From: Perkinsela sp. CCAP 1560/9
Taxonomy: Eukaryota > Protista > Euglenozoa: Kinetoplastea
Length of the DNA: 11,383 nucleotides
Direction: 5' to 3'
Assembly: GCA_965644495.1 (NCBI GenBank)
Contig: CBFFSA010000100.1
Coordinates: forward strand, 1-11,383
Shown: positions 8,389 through 11,383 of the stretch, piece by piece
How the letters are laid out: each line of letters opens with the position of its first letter
Numbering within the stretch: position 1 is the first letter of the stretch
Translations under genes and position numbers: made by a program
The notes under the pieces: generated by a model
What the model was told of the DNA's origin: nothing
What the model saw: only the letters and a program-made list of their open reading frames with translations
The model's database searches: none

Positions 8389-8690
8389 TCAGTCTAAGTC
8401 TGTTTTCCAGGGCTTCTTTGCTGTCTTTATCGCAGGTACCTTGACGACCCTGATAAAAACTTCTTCTAACTTCACGCGGAACACATCCGAAACTTTGGCT
8501 TTTGGAATGGCCGCGGTTCCAACCCATTCATGTACCTCAGACACTATCGCGCCACATAAATCATTCTTATACATGCAACGACCCGTGTCAGAAGAATGGG
8601 ACATCGCTTTTGATATCGACTTTGGAGGACCGTAGAGGAAGAAGGGGGAGCAAGCCCAAATGCAGAAAGCGGATTGCTAGGGGGGATAGT
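8389..8690 (-). pseudogene. Possible tyrosine-recombinase C-terminal fragment
   Basis: (LSPLAIR/)SAFCIWACSPFFLYGPPKSISKAMSHSSDTGRCMY: His followed by Tyr 9 residues later, the box-II spacing of lambda-integrase-family enzymes. A candidate upstream Arg is recovered only through a frameshift. Confidence 0.35.
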
Positions 8691-8857
8691 ATATAAAAAG
8701 CAGCCCCGAAAGGTACCCCGCGTATATAACTCATGATAGAAACACGCCCCGCGAAGCGGCGCGAAATTTGTTTTTCACCATTTATAGTTTTCGAAGTTTT
8801 TGAATTACTTATAGCATCAATGTATAGTACTAAACCACATACCCATTTAACACACCA

Positions 8858-9185
8858 CCCCCCGGTATGTTATCAAGGTATAGGTATGTTATCAAGGTAT
8901 AAGTATGTCAAGTAGACTGGTAATGCAATAGCTAAGAGAAGAAAAACCCTTCCACTGTTAGAACCTGTATCTACAGATGTACCGCGCGTAGTACCAAATG
9001 CTAGAACGTATCAAAATGCATCTAAAAATGCATAGAAACATTTTTTTTAAAAAGGTACGTGATCTTACGGTTGGACTTTTGTACCGTTACATAAGAAAAT
9101 GTGTGGGACGAGGGGGAGTATATTAGGTGTCGCGGGCCAGAATAATATACCCCCCCCGGTAAGTTATCCAAGGTATAGGTATGTT
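8858..9185 (+). repeat. Repeated C(n)GGTAWGTTATC(C)AAGGTATAGGTATGTTA block
   Basis: 19-bp tandem ggtatgttatcaaggtata at 8864 and 8883, with a related block at 9150-9186. Confidence 0.8.
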
Positions 9186-9619
9186 AAACGGGTATGTGAT
9201 AAAAATATTTCTTTTTTTTGCTATAAATTAAACTTTAAAAGTTTTTTGGACCCCTGCTTACCACGCCGTCTTATACCCCCCGGAATGTGGTTAACGACCC
9301 CGCCAAAAGATGTTAAACAGGAACAGGAATCCCTGCAGCTAGCTCGAAGTCCTTACTTCGGAAGGCTGGGGTTGCCTCGCCCCATCACCGACGACAGCCC
9401 AACGCCGGTCTCCCTTTCTAACTCTTTGTCATGTTAGCCCAGCATGTTCCATCCAAGGGACATTGAGGATTCCGGATCTCTTTGCGAAAATGATTTCACC
9501 AAGTCGGAGCTCCGTAGAAGTTTAAGGGGAGCGCCCGGGGGCGTCCCTCTTAAACCCTGTCCCCCCTTGGGGGCAGGAGTCACCCCTCTGAAACCTCTTA
9601 TTTGAAGTGGCTTCGTTGT

Positions 9620-9807
9620 TCCCGTGGCAAATTTGCCTATTAGAGCTACAACTAAACTAGCATTAGAGCTACAACACTAGTAGTAGTGTTGACTACACAG
9701 TGTTGACTACACAGTGTGGACTGCTCCGGGTGTATTAGCGTTTGTCACACCAATATGCCAATATCCCGGGACAAATTTGCCTATTAGAGCTACAACTGTA
9801 GTAGTGT
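9620..9807 (+). repeat. Nested direct repeats
   Basis: caaatttgcctattagagctacaact at 9628 and 9772; attagagctacaac again at 9662; agtgttgactacac x2 at 9685 and 9699. Confidence 0.85.
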
Positions 9808-9889
9808 ATCCAAGGACAATGTAGGAGTATAGTTCACAGAAATAACTTGTTGCCATAACGCCCAGCATAATGCCTAGCCAAAGGTAAAC

Positions 9890-10120
9890 GTGGACAAGAA
9901 AGAAGCTGGGAGGGAAGCACTCACTCCACGGGAGTGGCTGGGAGGGGTCAAGGGATCGAGAGGCGTCTACCGCTTCAGCAAGAAAAGGGGACAGTTCCAG
10001 TCTTAGTACCGGCAGGGAAAGGGCATGAATACTGGGCATGAAATTTTGATAACGGTACGCTCGTTGCGTGGGGAAGAAAGGATGAACTAAGCAGAAAAAG
10101 TACCGAAAGTCTAATATCGA
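9890..10120 (-). pseudogene. Unknown coding remnant, copy B
   Basis: Reverse complement aligns to 7380-7590. It carries stops, a 1-nt indel and a short duplication (gggcatgaa at 10021 and 10034). Confidence 0.55.
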
Positions 10121-10336
10121 TCAAAACGAAGAAGTGGAATATATCAAGAAATGGAAAGCATCCAGTCAACCGTCGTTGGTAAATTGCATTTCGTGGTTTC
10201 TCCACACTAGAGAAAGATATCGGATTAAGAAATAATCGACAGTTTTTCCTATGAAAAGTATTAAAGTAAACACTCACATACCATTTTGAAACCCAATCCC
10301 CAGGAAGGGGGGAATATGCCTGCGCACCGCTGTGCT

Positions 10337-10672
10337 TTAACCCGTCCCGTAATAAGCCCCGCACTGTAGATGAGAAAAAAATACATTGGCTGTCTGCGCG
10401 ACTTCAATAGGTGTCACAGTTCGAGTTTTAGTTGCCCATCGCACCATACTGGCATTGCGGAGCATCCAAGAATTTGCCCAGGAAATCGAAAACTTCAGCA
10501 TGCCACCTTTCAGCACTGTGTGTCCCGCTTGTCGCTGTTTTCTGATACCTTTCGCAATGTTTGCTACGCGAGCTGCGTCGACAGCAACGCCAGTTTGTCG
10601 AATCAGCAAAAACGTTTTCAACAACCGAACTTCTTCGTCTTCCGTGAGAAAACTCTTAGTTAGACGAAGCAC
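10337..10672 (-). mobile_element. pogo/Tc5-type transposase remnant, CENP-B-type HTH domain only
   Basis: LTEDEEVRLLKTFLLIRQTGVAVDAARVANIAKGI...LKFSISWANSWMLRNASMVRWATK fits the HTH_Tnp_Tc5 pattern (EExL..R..G..V..A..F.S..W...R....R..T). Two in-frame stops lie just upstream and no DDE domain follows. Confidence 0.75.
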
Positions 10673-11383
10673 TTATCAGATTGCTGAGGAATATTCTCCG
10701 ATGTAGTGCGACATAGTAATCTGAAACTTTTTAGTAAAAAAAGTAGAACTCCGAAAAGAAAAGAATGTAAGGTGTAAAACATGAATTTTTCAACGTGTTT
10801 TACTACTAGTAATTAAACATTTACTAATTTTTGTTTTACGACATATTGTCATACTAATAACTGTGTGTACTCTATTACCATTATTTAATGTCAATCTCAT
10901 TACTAATCCTCAGAAGTGCTTCACTGGCGGATTTGACCAATACTCGCACGAATGCACGTCTAGGGAAAGTGCGAGGAGCCATCCTCTCACATGACATGCA
11001 AATGGCAAAATTCATTGAGAATCTCGAGACGAAGTTACTGATTACGAGGAAGGAAACAGAAGCATGTTTGTGGGCGGGTGTCGCTTGTAATTCCAATGAT
11101 GAAGTGCTCAATATTGATTGGTCGTCCAGGGCACTGAAGGGTAATCTCTCATGGGAGTATCTACCCCACACAACGTGTACTGTTCGTGTGGGAAATAATA
11201 AACTCAGCGGAACTCTTCCAGTTTCCGCATTTCCCCCGAAACTGAGTTCTTTAAACATACAATACAACCCCTTATACGGATCCTTCGATGCCCCTTCCCT
11301 CCCACAATTCGTTGAACAGCTTTTTTCATCTGGTACAAGATTTTCAGGTATGCTTGACTTGACCTCACTGCCTCCTCCATTGA
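10606..11383 (+). repeat. Direct repeat of 1-859 (large duplication, period about 10.5 kb)
   Basis: 1-356 aligns to about 10606-10880 with substitutions and indels; 357-859 matches 10881-11383. Confidence 0.95.
10888..11383 (+). CDS. Second copy of LRR protein 1, cut off by the window edge
   Basis: 10881-11383 reads identical to 357-859 (offset 10524). The antisense ORFs 357-743 and 10881-11267 in the track have identical translations. Confidence 0.9.
   Translation, partial: MSISLLILRSASLADLTNTRTNARLGKVRGAILSHDMQMAKFIENLETKLLITRKETEACLWAGVACNSNDEVLNIDWSSRALKGNLSWEYLPHTTCTVRVGNNKLSGTLPVSAFPPKLSSLNIQYNPLYGSFDAPSLPQFVEQLFSSGTRFSGMLDLTSLPPPL

Noticed and set aside
9438-9545. RT-upstream motif in LCENDFTKSELRRSLRGAPGG
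   Set aside because: The resemblance to FTxxELxxAL...APGPDG is short, the spacing is wrong and no RT domain follows.
7380-10120. DIRS retrotransposon (inverted terminal repeats around a recombinase)
   Set aside because: The inverted copies diverge like coding sequence, no RT or RNase H is visible, and the recombinase-like motif is not the DIRS GxWxS type.
1-11383. Circular contig with terminal overlap
   Set aside because: The window end matches 357-859 rather than base 1, and the upstream flanks of the two copies differ.

Overview
Eukaryotic, probably protist, repeat-rich region. It holds three intact, intronless, co-oriented genes for 23-residue leucine-rich-repeat (LRR) proteins (364-1221, 1703-2404, 3709-4635). 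A second copy of the first gene starts at 10888; by eye its coding sequence is identical to the first copy, while the upstream flanks have diverged. Decayed mobile DNA fills the gaps: two stacked restriction-like-endonuclease (RLE) 3' fragments of HERO/NeSL-type non-LTR retrotransposons, a pogo/Tc5 CENP-B-type HTH transposase remnant, and a possible tyrosine-recombinase C-terminus. There is also a duplicated RRM-like pseudogene whose two copies differ by a clean GT-AG intron, and a diverged inverted pair of unknown coding remnants. Two matching TA-flanked inverted-repeat ends face outward at 6656 and 8127. Together with the 10.5-kb duplication, they suggest adjacent copies of a roughly 9-kb Tc1/mariner-pogo-type element carrying the LRR cluster as cargo; this is a hypothesis that needs flanking sequence. 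All alignments and translations beyond the supplied ORF track were done by eye.
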